Assembly: GCA_964036045.1 (NCBI GenBank)
Contig: OZ038378.1
Span: forward strand, 9,672,001 to 9,736,000
DNA: 64,000 bases
Reading direction: 5' to 3'
Origin: Eutreptiella sp. 'Long Island Sound 2002'
Lineage: Eukaryota > Protista > Euglenida
Positions 49,928 through 61,289 of the stretch are shown piece by piece; within the stretch, counting starts at the first letter, position 1; each line of letters begins with the position of its first letter. Both the position numbers and the translations under genes were made by a program. The notes beneath the pieces are model-generated. The model made no database searches, was not told the origin of the DNA, and was given only the letters and a program-made list of their open reading frames with translations.

Positions 49928-52900
49928 ATGGATGCTTGTATTACTTCTTGGTACGATATCCCTCTTCAAAGAGGCCTGGACGGCAATAGGGGCATATGGA
50001 AAGCGTCGGTGCTAATGCATAGTACAGAGGACTTCTCACAGCAAGTCGTTCTCTCCTGCAACCTTGCAAGCAGGGACGCCGGAATTGACGTTACCCACGA
50101 CGGTGGGATGGACAAGATATTGTGCCTGCATCGCTTCAAGCTCTGGTGGCTTCGCCCCAAACACATTTCGGGCCTTCAAGATGTGGAACCAGATACACAG
50201 CTCCTCCTGCGGGCAAGCGCCGACCGCTTGGGATTCGAGGTCCTGGTGCCTATTCAACACGACGACATCACAGTCACACTATGCGGCAAGCGCGCCTGGG
50301 ACACCAGAGTGCAGCCACTTTGGAGGGGGGGCGTTTGTGCGGCACCCGAGGGATCGCCGTTGCTGCTTTCCCTTGAGATTGGAAAGGCCCCTGCAAGGGT
50401 CCGGAGTGACAGTCGAGTATCTGTGCCTCTGTTGCTTCGGTTGGAAGGGCGGGACCCTTTCGACCTCTTGGCAAGGGCAACGCACTGTGCGTATGCGTTC
50501 GACCATGCGGGAGAAGAAAATCCGTGTGCCGTGCGACGTGTGGCATCGTTGCTCCTGCGTCCTGGTGGCCGAAGCAACAACACAGGCAAGGCAAACTCAC
50601 CGTTTCTGAGAGGTCTTGGATGGTGCACATGGGACTCGTTCTACACCGCCGTCACGGCGGATGCAGTTCTGCATGGGGTACAGACAATGGGGACTGCAGG
50701 GGCCCTGCCACACTTTGTTATCCTGGACGATGGATGGCAGGACACTTGTACTGGGGCGAAGCACTTGCTTGGAAGCAGAAGAGGAGATGGTGACAATGTG
50801 GGTAGCCTGGATACGGAGCAGGAGCAGGAACGTGACCAGGTTTACCTTCGGGAAAGACAAGAGATGCTTCATAAACTGGAATTGGGTCTCCAATCGACCC
50901 CACCCTCCACGCACTACACGCGACGACTCAACTCAGGTAACGTCGCAGACTCTTTTTTTCCTGCAGAGAAGAGCAATGGCAGTCTCTCACCCCTTGTGAA
51001 AGATCTGCGCAAGGCTGGGGTACAGAGTGTGTTTTGTTGGCATGCGTTGATGGGTTACTGGGCTGGGGCAAACCCTTCCAGTGAGCATATGTCGGGTTGC
51101 GGCGTTGGTATCAGAATGCCGCGTTTTGGTCCCACAATCTTAGCCCAGGAACCTGGTTTGATTGAAGATGTAGCACTCACTAGTAGTGGGGGTCTCGGTG
51201 TGCCAGGGTCAAGGCCACTGGAGGAGGATCAGGTGTTTGGGGCGGGCAAGGAGGTGAGGAGCCACGAAAACGCTGGGACGAAGGAGCAACAACGGGCACT
51301 TCGTCGTTTCTATGCAACAATACACCAGCCTTTAGCTTCGGCCGGAGTGGATGGCGTGAAGATTGACGTTCAGTCAGCGGCCGCTGTGATCGGAGGGGGC
51401 AGAAGATTCGCATCTTTACTGCATGAAGCACTCTGTGCGTCCGTCACCGAGTACTTTGGGGCCGAAGGGGCTAAAGGTGAAGAGAGGAACACAGAAGAGC
51501 ACATGCAAGGCCCCCCGCCAAGTGGCCTTGTTCTGCATTGCATGGCCCACGCCCCCACCGTTCTATCAGCGATCCTGCGGACATGGGGGACACACAGGCA
51601 GAAACCTCACCCTGGTGCGAGAAGTGGCAGTGACATGGAACGTGGTGGCGCAACCGCCCCGCCCCTTCTGCGTGGGAGCGACGATTTCTGGCCCAAACAA
51701 CCCGAGAGCCATGCAGCGCATATCTACGCGAATGCCTTCAACTCTCTATTGTTGGGGAACATTGCCATTGTAGACTGGGATATGTTTCAGACGCGCCTTC
51801 CTGCTCTGGACGACACGCCCTCCGAACGGACGCGTGCGACGCAATTTAGCTGGCTCCATGCTGCAAGTCGGGCGATAAGCGGAGGGCCTATATATGTGAG
51901 TGACCGCCCCGGAGCCCATAACCTTGACATCCTGGAGGCTCTTACGTTTCCTGACGGGAGTGTGGCACTTCCCACTGGATGCGCTTTGCCGACGCGCTCT
52001 TGCATTCTCCGAGACTGCAGCTCCGTGGGCAGTGGGCTCTTGACGCTGTGGAATACCAATCGGGCCCCCGGTGCCGCGCTTTTGGGTGCCTTTAACGTGG
52101 CAAACGGGGGCTGGGATTCTCGCACAGCGGGTGATGCAGCACCAATGGCACCTTCTGAAAGGTCCGAGAGGGGGTGGCTCGGTCCATCGCAAGTGGAATC
52201 TTACCATCTTCAGTCAGTTCCTGCCTCATGTACCGGCGGAGGTGCACAAGCGGGCAGGACAGCGGGGGGGGAACCGGGGGCTGATGGACAGGGTATGGGT
52301 GGGGCTACGGGGGATGGCAGGGCAGTGGTATCCGCGGCACTGCCTGCAAAGAAAAGGTATTTCGCGTTCCTCATGTGGAATGAGCAGGTGTTGGTCCTCG
52401 GCGAAGACGAAGAGGTGGAGGTGGAGCTGCAGCCTGCGGGGTTCACAATCGCATCCATTTCTGAAGTTACAATGTCGCCATCTGAGGAAGGGGAGTGTGG
52501 GTATGGCGCGGATTGCAGGTACAGGGCCACTTGCAGGTACAGGCACCCGAAGCAGCAAGTGGAAGGAGCAGAAGAAGAGCAGCATCGCAAACGAGGAGGA
52601 GGAGGCGGAGGAGCGAGAGAGCGAACGGATCAGTCGCACGGGTTCCGTAGCAGTGACAACGGAGACGATTGTGTTGACACGGGGGCAGGGACTGGCGTTG
52701 GTTGTGTATGGGCTGCCCCGTTAGGACTGACAGGGATGCTCAACGCCGGTGGTGCGCTTGCAGACTGGTACTGGGGTGGCGTTGATCATCGGCAACTGTG
52801 TATTCAAGGTCGCTTTTATGGGGCAAGGCGGCAAGAGGGGACAGCATCCCGCCGCCTTGTGTTGGTGTCGTCTGAGAGCCCCTCATGCGTTGACTTGGTA

Positions 52901-53134
52901 ACGACAGGAGAGGGACGAGCACAATTGTTGGGTTTCACTCGGATGCCGAGCGCCGACACATGGCGTAAGAGGAGTACCTCAAGACTTGCACCTTCGCACC
53001 TCCAAGACCGCACCCCTACACTCCTGGCGTACGCCGTTGAATTGCCGGAGGAGATGTCTCCATTCGATGCCGACTGCACGTTGCGTGTAAGCTTTGAGAA
53101 GGCCATGGATGTGGACATGCAGGGCTGTACCTAA
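49928..53134 (+). CDS. GH36 seed-imbibition-protein-like alkaline alpha-galactosidase / raffinose synthase family protein (~1068 aa), single open frame
   Basis: GLGWCTWDSFY, VILDDGWQ, WHALMGYW, GVDGVKIDVQ (nucleophile), RGSDDFWP (acid/base), DWDMFQT and RAISGGPIYVSD are all present. ATG 49928 follows a pyrimidine-rich tract and an AG, so it could be a trans-splice or cis-splice acceptor. Confidence 0.93.
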   Translation: MDACITSWYDIPLQRGLDGNRGIWKASVLMHSTEDFSQQVVLSCNLASRDAGIDVTHDGGMDKILCLHRFKLWWLRPKHISGLQDVEPDTQLLLRASADRLGFEVLVPIQHDDITVTLCGKRAWDTRVQPLWRGGVCAAPEGSPLLLSLEIGKAPARVRSDSRVSVPLLLRLEGRDPFDLLARATHCAYAFDHAGEENPCAVRRVASLLLRPGGRSNNTGKANSPFLRGLGWCTWDSFYTAVTADAVLHGVQTMGTAGALPHFVILDDGWQDTCTGAKHLLGSRRGDGDNVGSLDTEQEQERDQVYLRERQEMLHKLELGLQSTPPSTHYTRRLNSGNVADSFFPAEKSNGSLSPLVKDLRKAGVQSVFCWHALMGYWAGANPSSEHMSGCGVGIRMPRFGPTILAQEPGLIEDVALTSSGGLGVPGSRPLEEDQVFGAGKEVRSHENAGTKEQQRALRRFYATIHQPLASAGVDGVKIDVQSAAAVIGGGRRFASLLHEALCASVTEYFGAEGAKGEERNTEEHMQGPPPSGLVLHCMAHAPTVLSAILRTWGTHRQKPHPGARSGSDMERGGATAPPLLRGSDDFWPKQPESHAAHIYANAFNSLLLGNIAIVDWDMFQTRLPALDDTPSERTRATQFSWLHAASRAISGGPIYVSDRPGAHNLDILEALTFPDGSVALPTGCALPTRSCILRDCSSVGSGLLTLWNTNRAPGAALLGAFNVANGGWDSRTAGDAAPMAPSERSERGWLGPSQVESYHLQSVPASCTGGGAQAGRTAGGEPGADGQGMGGATGDGRAVVSAALPAKKRYFAFLMWNEQVLVLGEDEEVEVELQPAGFTIASISEVTMSPSEEGECGYGADCRYRATCRYRHPKQQVEGAEEEQHRKRGGGGGGARERTDQSHGFRSSDNGDDCVDTGAGTGVGCVWAAPLGLTGMLNAGGALADWYWGGVDHRQLCIQGRFYGARRQEGTASRRLVLVSSESPSCVDLVTTGEGRAQLLGFTRMPSADTWRKRSTSRLAPSHLQDRTPTLLAYAVELPEEMSPFDADCTLRVSFEKAMDVDMQGCT

Positions 53135-53602
53135 GGGCAGGGGTTTCTCGCAGGACTTCACTTTTTTGTTGGTTGAGGAAAGGAACTGGCGGGTGACCAA
53201 TCACCGCCGGTGTCAATTGCCAACCGCCAACCGCTGACGGTACTCGTCACCAGTCCCGGTTAACAGTCAACTGCAGTCACCCAACCGGTTGTCGCATTCC
53301 TGAAGGCAGCTGGCAGCCACCTCAGGGCGCTTAGGGGTTGCGTCGCACTTTTGATACGTCCCGTTATCAGCACTTTGCTTCAGGCCTTTGAGCCGGCTCA
53401 GACCCCTTGGATTGCTTTGATGATGATGATGATGAGGGCTGAGAGTTTGTACAGAGAACAGGTGGTTATCCACGGCAGGCCCAGGTCTTTGTCGTTGTTT
53501 TTAAAGGACAGCTCCGAAGCCATGAGGCTTTGACCCGTCTGTTTCCGAGTTGTCTTTGTCTGTGGCGGTTACATCAACCGCCGGCAGCTGCTGTGAGGTG
53601 CA

Positions 53603-53701
53603 ACGATGTGGAGTATTGGCACAGTGCAAGTGCATGGTCTAGACCAGGGAACGATGTGGAGTATTGGCACAGTGCAAGTGCATGGTCTAGACCAGGGAAC
53701 G
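53603..53701. repeat. 48-bp tandem duplication
   Basis: AACGATGTGGAGTATTGGCACAGTGCAAGTGCATGGTCTAGACCAGGG occurs twice. Confidence 0.9.
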
Positions 53702-54099
53702 TGTTCTGCCGTACCCCCGACGCTGCAAAGCCACGTGCAGCAGAGGCTTTCCTGGGGCTGCCCCAGCTGTTGACTATCAGATGAAGGGGTTGGCTTGGCC
53801 TGGCGCACTCCAGAGCAGCCACCTGCCCGGCACCGTGCAATGCATGGTCCTGTCAGTGGAGGCAAGGGCAAAAGAGTGGCAATGGATTCTAATGGGCCGT
53901 ACTCGTGCTCCTTGCTTTCCTGTAGGGGCTCAAGGGAATTAATTCCAAGAAAATGTCAATCTCCCTTTTCCCACCACCCTTTCAGGTCAATTGAGCAGAA
54001 GGACCATCAAAAGCATAAGGCAGGCCCCTTCTGTGTCCCAAGGTGCAATGGCAAGGCACTGGGCAAACCATGGGATCATGTCGGTTTCGAAATTGTCAT

Positions 54100-54630
54100 C
54101 GTCATACATGGCCAACATGTCCAGTTCGGGGTTGCGGTCTCTGGCACATCTCCACATAGGAGACACATTGCCTAAGGGCGGTCTGCTGGTGTGCAGAGCG
54201 CTTTGCTAGCACGGTCATGGTGGGGAGGTTGTTCATCTGGTGGGCCATGAGGTGCCACTGCTGGTCACCGTTGAACCAGTTCAAGGGCAGGCCCATTCCT
54301 GGCTTGCACCAGTCTCCCCATCGGTGCTCATACCGCACCTGCGCTGGAATGGTGGCCCAGGCATGTACACCCACAGCAACCTTATCTACGGGTCCACAAA
54401 GCACAAAGTACTCTGTGTGGCCATAGAAGGGCCCTTCTGAAGACATCAATGAAAATTCCAAGAGTGGGTTGCAACGAGAATATGACAGCTACTGTTGCTG
54501 GTCTGCCTGTGTGGCAAAACAGCCGCAAGTTCTGGGTAGTGGCCTGGTGGAAGCACGCCCTTTTATGCAGTACAAGGACACCCTCACAAAGGGGTCGAGG
54601 ATGGAGCAAATATTCACAAACCACATGAAG
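54100..54630 (-). pseudogene. Decayed Ty3/gypsy integrase-core fragment
   Basis: YFVLCGPVDKV…GLPLNWFNGDQQW…SAHQQT resembles yilv.vD…G.P..i.sD.g.qF…hPqt. Confidence 0.45.
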
Positions 54631-54859
54631 TGCAGTTTACTGCTTTTGGCCCTTCTAGAAGCATTGCACTGTTGCCCCCCCTACAATACAGTGGTTTTCT
54701 GATTGCCACTGTCTTGCCTTTGCCATCTTGATGGGAAAGAGATAGGCTTGTGTGTGCTTTGTTTCTTCTGTTTCGGATGCCCATTGGGGTTTTGTTGAGG
54801 GGCAAGATGCACATAGTATGTGGACACTGCAAATACTCCCCCCGAACCCAAAGCAGGTT

Positions 54860-55398
54860 GTGGGTGCACTAAGGGCGCACTTAGCGCAGTGCAGCTATTT
54901 GGGCGTCTGGCTGTACTAGAGACCCACACTTTGAGATACTAGGAGCATCATGGTGACCCCGAGCGTAGGTTTTGACTTCTGATTTTGTCCCCTTTGTTGG
55001 GGAACCCCGAGAATGCAGGGGTGACGTAGCATTTCTGCCCTCTTTTGGGCCCCAACCTTCCGGTGCTATTGAGGAAACCGGGACAATCTTTGAATCCACG
55101 CTTTGTGGCCCCTCGAGTTGGGGTTAGGGACCCATACTTTGACCCATACTTTGTACTGAATGTATTGACACCCACACTTGTGGGACCAATGTTGTTTGTT
55201 AAGTACAATACAAATGACAGTTGGAGTTGCTGAATTCACAGATATTGCTTTATTATGCAACGTGCTTTGTAGGGAAGGTGTGCAGTGCAATATGGTCTAC
55301 TTGGGGGGCTTCTCCATGAGAGGGTAAATCTGGGGCTGAAGTCCGGATAGTTAATAGAAAAGTAGCGCGCTGGGCGCGCGCCGGGCAAACATTCCCCC
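54860..55398. mobile_element. Harbinger-family MITE (mosaic of the 13466 and 14872 types)
   Basis: Long near-identity to 15355-15560 including the end GCGCGCCGGGCAAACATTCCCCC; shares internal blocks with 13500-13860. Confidence 0.8.
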
Positions 55399-56200
55399 AT
55401 TGTTGCGGTCTCTTCCACTGATGCTTGTTGGTATAGGACAATGGACTCGCATGCCCACCATGCAAGCTGTAGCAGATCATTTTTGGGACCAAAGACCAGA
55501 ACCTGTCACATGCGCCCCAGTGATAACTGCTGCACCACCACTATCATGAAGGACAGTACCACACATGCAGTAGGACTATTGTCTCAAAACAACTGTCCTT
55601 CCTGCCATCCGAGATTCCATAGCCCCAGGACACTAGCACACCCGAGTGGCCTCAAGGGTGGGAACGTCCCAGGAGGGCGAGCCATGGTCCTCTTCCTCTA
55701 TGTCCGGCAACTCGCCGACCAGACCTACACTGGCTGATCCCAGACTCCGAGTTGTCCCTGGGTGCCCTTTAGACGTACCTAGAAGAAGGCCACTTTGAGG
55801 ACAACATACACCATCTGTACCTCTAAGTCCTTCGGGGAGCCCGCCTGGCCCCACGGTGGCCATCAACGTTATGACTGCACCGTCACATTGGATCACGGAA
55901 CCCACGGAACTCAACGTCCATGTCGACACGGCCACAACGGACGACCCGGAGGTAGACCTGACGTGGATGCTCAGGCACTCCTTCTCCTTCGTTCCCCTGG
56001 AGAAGTTCAGGGACCACTGCCAGTTGGCCTCGTTGACATACCGTAATGGTAACAACTGCATGACAGCAAAAAAGAGTTCCTCGCATTGTGCTTTTCATTG
56101 AGCTTGAAGCGATAATACTGCCTTATTTCTCCCTTTGGTGACCGCTTGTGAAACACCCCTCCACTCCATGCCATCCATCAGGCTCTTGTCTGACTCCACA

Positions 56201-57112
56201 ATGGCTGCACAGCTGCGGTTCTGGAATGACATGCCTGTCCTTGAACCAGATGACGACCTGCGACACGTCACAGAGCTGCTGTGCGACTGCTTTGAGGAGG
56301 ACTTCTGCATTTCACTGTGCTTCGATGCGCCATTTCTGGCGCGGCTGATGCGCGAAGGCTACATCACTATGGCCGAGCGCATTGGCCCCGACCGCTACAT
56401 CCTGCTGCCCAAGCTCCACAAGGAGCGCTGCGTGCTGCATTTCCAGGACCTGCACGTGCAGAGGGCGGCCCGCAAATGCAGTTCCCGGTTCCATTTGACC
56501 ATCGACCAGTGTTTTCCGGAGGTCCTGCGGCAGTGCGTGCTGCAACACGGGGAGAACTGGCTGTACCCCCCTCTGCAACAGATCTTCAGCCTCGTGAACT
56601 CTCGCCGCGAGGGCCTGGAAGGGGTGCGAATGCATTCGGTGGAGCTGTGGGAGGGGGACACGCTGGTGGCGGGGGAGCTGGGGTCGGCTGTGGGGGGGGT
56701 CTACACCAGCCTCTCCGGCTTCAAGAAGGTGTCATGCAGTGGGACCGTCCAGTGCGTGGCCACGGCGCTGGTGCTGTGGAAGCTGGGGTTCGCGTTCTGG
56801 GATCTGGGGATGGAGCTGGACTACAAACTGGCCATGGGGGCCCGCAGCATCCCTCGCCGCCAATTCATCACGGAGCTGAAGCGTGCGGCCAGCCTGCCGG
56901 CGGTCCTGCAGTACCCCAAAACGTGTGCACGCGACATCCTACACCTGACTGCGGAGTTGAGACCTTATGTGCCGCAGCGTCCCAACCCCAAGAGTAAGCG
57001 ACAGCAGAAGAAGCAGGCCAAAAGGCAGCGGCGGCTGGAGGCAAAAGCAAAGAAAAAAGTGCAGCGGCAGGCGGAGAACACGGTGGCGGACCCCAAACGC
57101 GGTAAAGAATGA
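56201..57112 (+). CDS. aat: Leucyl/phenylalanyl-tRNA-protein transferase (L/F-transferase) family protein with a basic C-terminal tail
   Basis: LLPKLHKERCVL, TIDQCFPEVL, ENWLYP, HSVELW..D.LVAGELGSAVGGVYTSLSGF, LGFAFWDLG and KLAMGA match the family; GC3-rich. The start at ATG 56201 is inferred (the ORF track starts at 56135). Confidence 0.88.
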   Translation: MAAQLRFWNDMPVLEPDDDLRHVTELLCDCFEEDFCISLCFDAPFLARLMREGYITMAERIGPDRYILLPKLHKERCVLHFQDLHVQRAARKCSSRFHLTIDQCFPEVLRQCVLQHGENWLYPPLQQIFSLVNSRREGLEGVRMHSVELWEGDTLVAGELGSAVGGVYTSLSGFKKVSCSGTVQCVATALVLWKLGFAFWDLGMELDYKLAMGARSIPRRQFITELKRAASLPAVLQYPKTCARDILHLTAELRPYVPQRPNPKSKRQQKKQAKRQRRLEAKAKKKVQRQAENTVADPKRGKE

Positions 57113-58109
57113 GGAGCGCGATATGAGACTGCCTTGCCTCGAACCCAGAATGGTGGATGGACCGCTACGTGGCTTGGCAGAGTGACATGGATGGGGTCAC
57201 AAACATTCGCCCCAACAGTAAAGCTCTTCCCCTTCAGACTGCTTTGCCATTGGCGTCAGCCGTGTCCCGAAGGAGCTGGGTCCCACTCAACGGAACACAG
57301 CTGCTTCCCACAGTTCCGGGTACAAGCACCAGATATTGCTGAGTGGCACATGGTACGGGGCCCATTCCTAACGCAACCCAGTTCCCCTGTCGGACAATAG
57401 TGGCATATTTGGTGTGGCATTGCTACGCTCGCCCTAACCCTCAATGCCCCCAGCCTTTTTTGAGCGTCGCCCGTTTGGGGGCATTGGTGCTCCGTTTCAC
57501 TGTTTTTTTTGGGGGGGGGGGTCAAAAAGCTGTCAAACCGGCTCCATGTGGCTGAACAACATCCATTTCAGCAACTCAGCAGGGGAACAATCACTGCCCT
57601 GTCCCTGCCACGTGCACAGGGTGGCATGCTGTCCCTGCCGCATGCAAGGGGGGGTTGCAGTCCCTGCCACACACACAGGGAGGTTGCAACCCCTGCCAGA
57701 TGCAGTGCAGTACCTGCGATGGCGCATGCAGCAGATCCTGCATCGAGCACATTCCACATCCAGCAGGCCCCAGATCCCCCAGTCGTCCTTGCTCATGACC
57801 AAAGTGGGCACTCTGGATGGCATACCGTCCCAATCAGTGACCCAGCAGAGACCAAATCTGTAGGCAGAAGATACGCCTATTTTAACCCAATGCTTTCAGG
57901 AGTTTTGTAGTTTTATCATTGACAGCGGTACGGCTGCTTCAGTCACTGCCCTCTATGAGCCCTGTAACTTCCCAAAGTTGTTAGAATGCCATGCTGACTT
58001 TATCGAGTGTGTGCGAGCGGTGCGAGCAAATACTCATTCAATATTACGTAAAACCCACTGACCCACACACTGTGTTGTTTTGCTGGCCACTCCTGACCAA
58101 CGGTTGTTG

Positions 58110-58830
58110 GCTTGAAATTGCTGCTCGCCGACCCCAGCGTCCTGTCCCTGCTCGTGAACCTGCCACTACGTGGACGTCTAATGACTCTGTCAACATCTTG
58201 CCCACGATCGTTATTGTCCCAGCCCATGGAACGGTGCCTGCTGCAAAGATGCCTGCTCAACGTCCCGGACATTGCTTCGAGTGCCACCAAATGGGCCACT
58301 GCAATGGGCCCTTCGGCCTGGCCGAGGAGCAGCATGGTTTTTGTCTTGGCCCTATGCATGGCTGCACTAGGGGCCATTGCTTGCTAAATGTACACCCTCT
58401 TCAGTACTGAGATCAACCGCTGAAGCTATCGCTGCCTCAGCGGTGCCATGGTCAACCCCAGTAGTGCCTCCCAGTGGGCCGACATGGTTCGTGGATGCAG
58501 CAGACACGCATGGTGGATACTGGAGTGCTTCTGGAGGCCGTATCTCAGACCGAAAATTGTACAGCGTGAACACACAGCAGTCTGTTGCGGAGTTGGCAGG
58601 TCTGGTTCCTGCAGTAAAGGTAGCCGCGTATAAAGGTCATACATCAGTAGTCGACAACCAGGCCCCCATTCGCTCAGCTGTTTCTGGCCGTGCCAGTTGG
58701 GAATGCCCTGTATATCAGCGGATCCTACGTCAACTGCAGCATGTGTTGCTGGTCTGGTATTCAATTGGCTTGTTATTGGGTTCCAAGTAGTTTCAATCCA
58801 GCGTATCCTCCCTCCTGCTGGTGGAAGTAT
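58110..58830 (+). pseudogene. Decayed RT-thumb/RNase H fragment of a second VIPER/TATE-like element
   Basis: WFVDAA…VAELAGLVPAVKVAAYKGH…QRILRQL…NPAYPPS aligns with YFADAA…QAELYGLYSAAKIAAYEGH…NRLLRRL…NPADPLS at 44340-44700. Confidence 0.75.
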
Positions 58831-60176
58831 TCCACACCACTTGACGTCGATCTCCCGGCGTGGACTGTGTACGCCCGCCTCCTGCAATCACCTTTTGTGC
58901 CGCAGTTTGTGGCACATACCAAATACTGTGGATGGTACAGTACACAGTAAAATCATAAGCAAGGCACTGACGTGATTGGATTTCACATGTCTTGCATATT
59001 TGTGATTGCCATAAGCGAGTGTTTGCGAGTGGTGCGAGCAACTACTCGTTTACTGTGCTGTTTTGTTGGCCACTGCTGACCCCCCCCCCCCCCTCCTACC
59101 CGCCCCCCATCTGCTTGAAGCAGTCTTTTCTGACTGCAAAGCCCTGTAGTGGAGTTAACCGGTTAGCACAGAGCAAGGCACTGACGTGACTGGATTTGAC
59201 ATGTCTTGCAGACTTGTGATTGCCGTAAACCTGGTGGACCGTAAATCCCTCCCCCCCCAGATGCGACGATTTACCCCCCAGATTGATGCATGTGCCCCCC
59301 CATGGGGTAGTTTGTAGCTACTGGGGGGGTAGTATCTCCCGTTTTATGTCGGGGGGGAGGGGTAATTTGTAACAAAGGGGTAAGTTGCAGCTTTGCAGGG
59401 GGGTAAATTGTGCTGCCTGGGGCGGTAGATGAACATCATTTGGGGGGTAAATTGTGCTTAACGAGGGATTGTGATGACTAGTTTGGGGGATGGTTCCCAG
59501 CCACCTGCTGCACCTGTTTGCCTGTATTCCTTCAGACATTCTTCAATTTGGGGGAGTATTTTGTAACAGGGTGGGGGTACTGGCTACAAGTGTGGGGGGT
59601 AATTTGCAGCCTCCCAGGGGGGGGGGGGGTAAAAGATACAAATTTGGGAGATTGTTGGGAACAAAAGGGGGGGGGGTAATTTGTAATTACCCAGCCGTTA
59701 ACCTGTGGGTTCCCCGACACCCCTTGTGGCATCAGACAGGGGGAAGGCAAGCATGTCGGCAGCTGTCTCATTTGTGTTTCTTCACATCCTTCTTGTGCTG
59801 TGCAGCCAAGCAACTCTCAGTCAGTCAGGCACACAGGTTGGTAGGGACATTATACCACAGTACAATACTTGAGTGACTCCCCAACTTCATTAGCAAGAGT
59901 CTCTTCTACTACTGAGCAAGAGGCTCTTCTACTACTGCTGTAGGTTTGGACCCAGTGACAGGCGCAATGAGGCCAATTGGCAATACACGTTCCCCTGTCT
60001 TGCCTCTTGCTGTGCAGCCATATTTTTTGCCTCTTGGAAGAAGCATGTGCATGTGCATTGACTACGATCACCATCGTTGAGCTGGGTGATATAATCTTAA
60101 AACCCCGTTTCCTTGGCCTGGCCTTGCGCCAGGTTTGGAGCACGGGATTGCTGGCTTGATTGTTGAGTGCATTTCC

Positions 60177-60238
<62 letters not shown>
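60177..60238. repeat. (TTG)n microsatellite
   Basis: Direct reading of the sequence. Confidence 0.95.
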
Positions 60239-61289
60239 GCTTGCTGGTTTGAATGAGCACCCAAACACCCTATTTGTCCTTCACCTTGACGTTGCCATAA
60301 CCCTGCATTGGTAAACAAACAGGTTGTGGAGCAGTTGGCAGATGAAATTTCTTGCATACGGAATGCCATGGTTATGAATGTACTGTGTGGTGCCTTGATC
60401 CATCCTTGGGGGAGCTGGGGAGTAGTGAAAACCCCCGCAATTTGCATGCTTTGTGCAGCCACATTGTGTGACGACGACCCAGAAAACATAGATTCTGAAA
60501 GGTGTGCATGCTTGGGATGGTGGAACAATGTGCCAAGAATCATCAGGATGCTGTGGTCGGAAAATAGTTATTTGTTCTTTGGGGTGCTGTGCAATATTTG
60601 AGCAACCCATTACAAATCAATGGGTCAGCACAGACGCGGTGCACGGTGCACATGTGGCACATCTATTTGGTGTCATCTATTGGAAAGGTGTTGTGTTGGG
60701 GCCATTTCAAAGATTATGAAGTGGGTGCCAATTGTATTGTCCTCTTGATTGTGCTATCTTTGTGGGAAGGAGGGGCATTTACCAGGGGGGGGGGGCGCCC
60801 GGTCTTTTTATGCGACACCACCCAGCCCCCCCCCCCCTCCCCGGGTTTTGATCTTTTCCAAAATTTTTTGCAAAATTTTTTCCAAAATTTTTTGACCTTC
60901 TGCACTTGCCCTCGTGTTTAAAACTGCGAAGCACTACAGGCACCTCAAGCAGGATGAACACGGACTCTGTTTTTGTTGAAATCTGTTCTCAAATCATTGG
61001 TATGGTACCATGGTTTCGGCCTGAGTTCAGGCCCTCGTCAGCCTGCCAACTGTATGAATAAAGACAGAGAGGCCTTTATTATACAAATCTCAGCGTGCAA
61101 TAGACAGAAATAGCAAACAGTCAAAATTCCGAAAATCGATCGCTGGAATTTATTCAAAATTCAAAGCTGACAGAAAATCATCTGCGTCCTGACTTAAATT
61201 CTGTTTCAAATTCTGCAATTCAGGGGATTCAATTTTTGACAGCGTCTGCACAAGCTTTCTATGAAATACACGTCGAAAATTCGCCTGCG

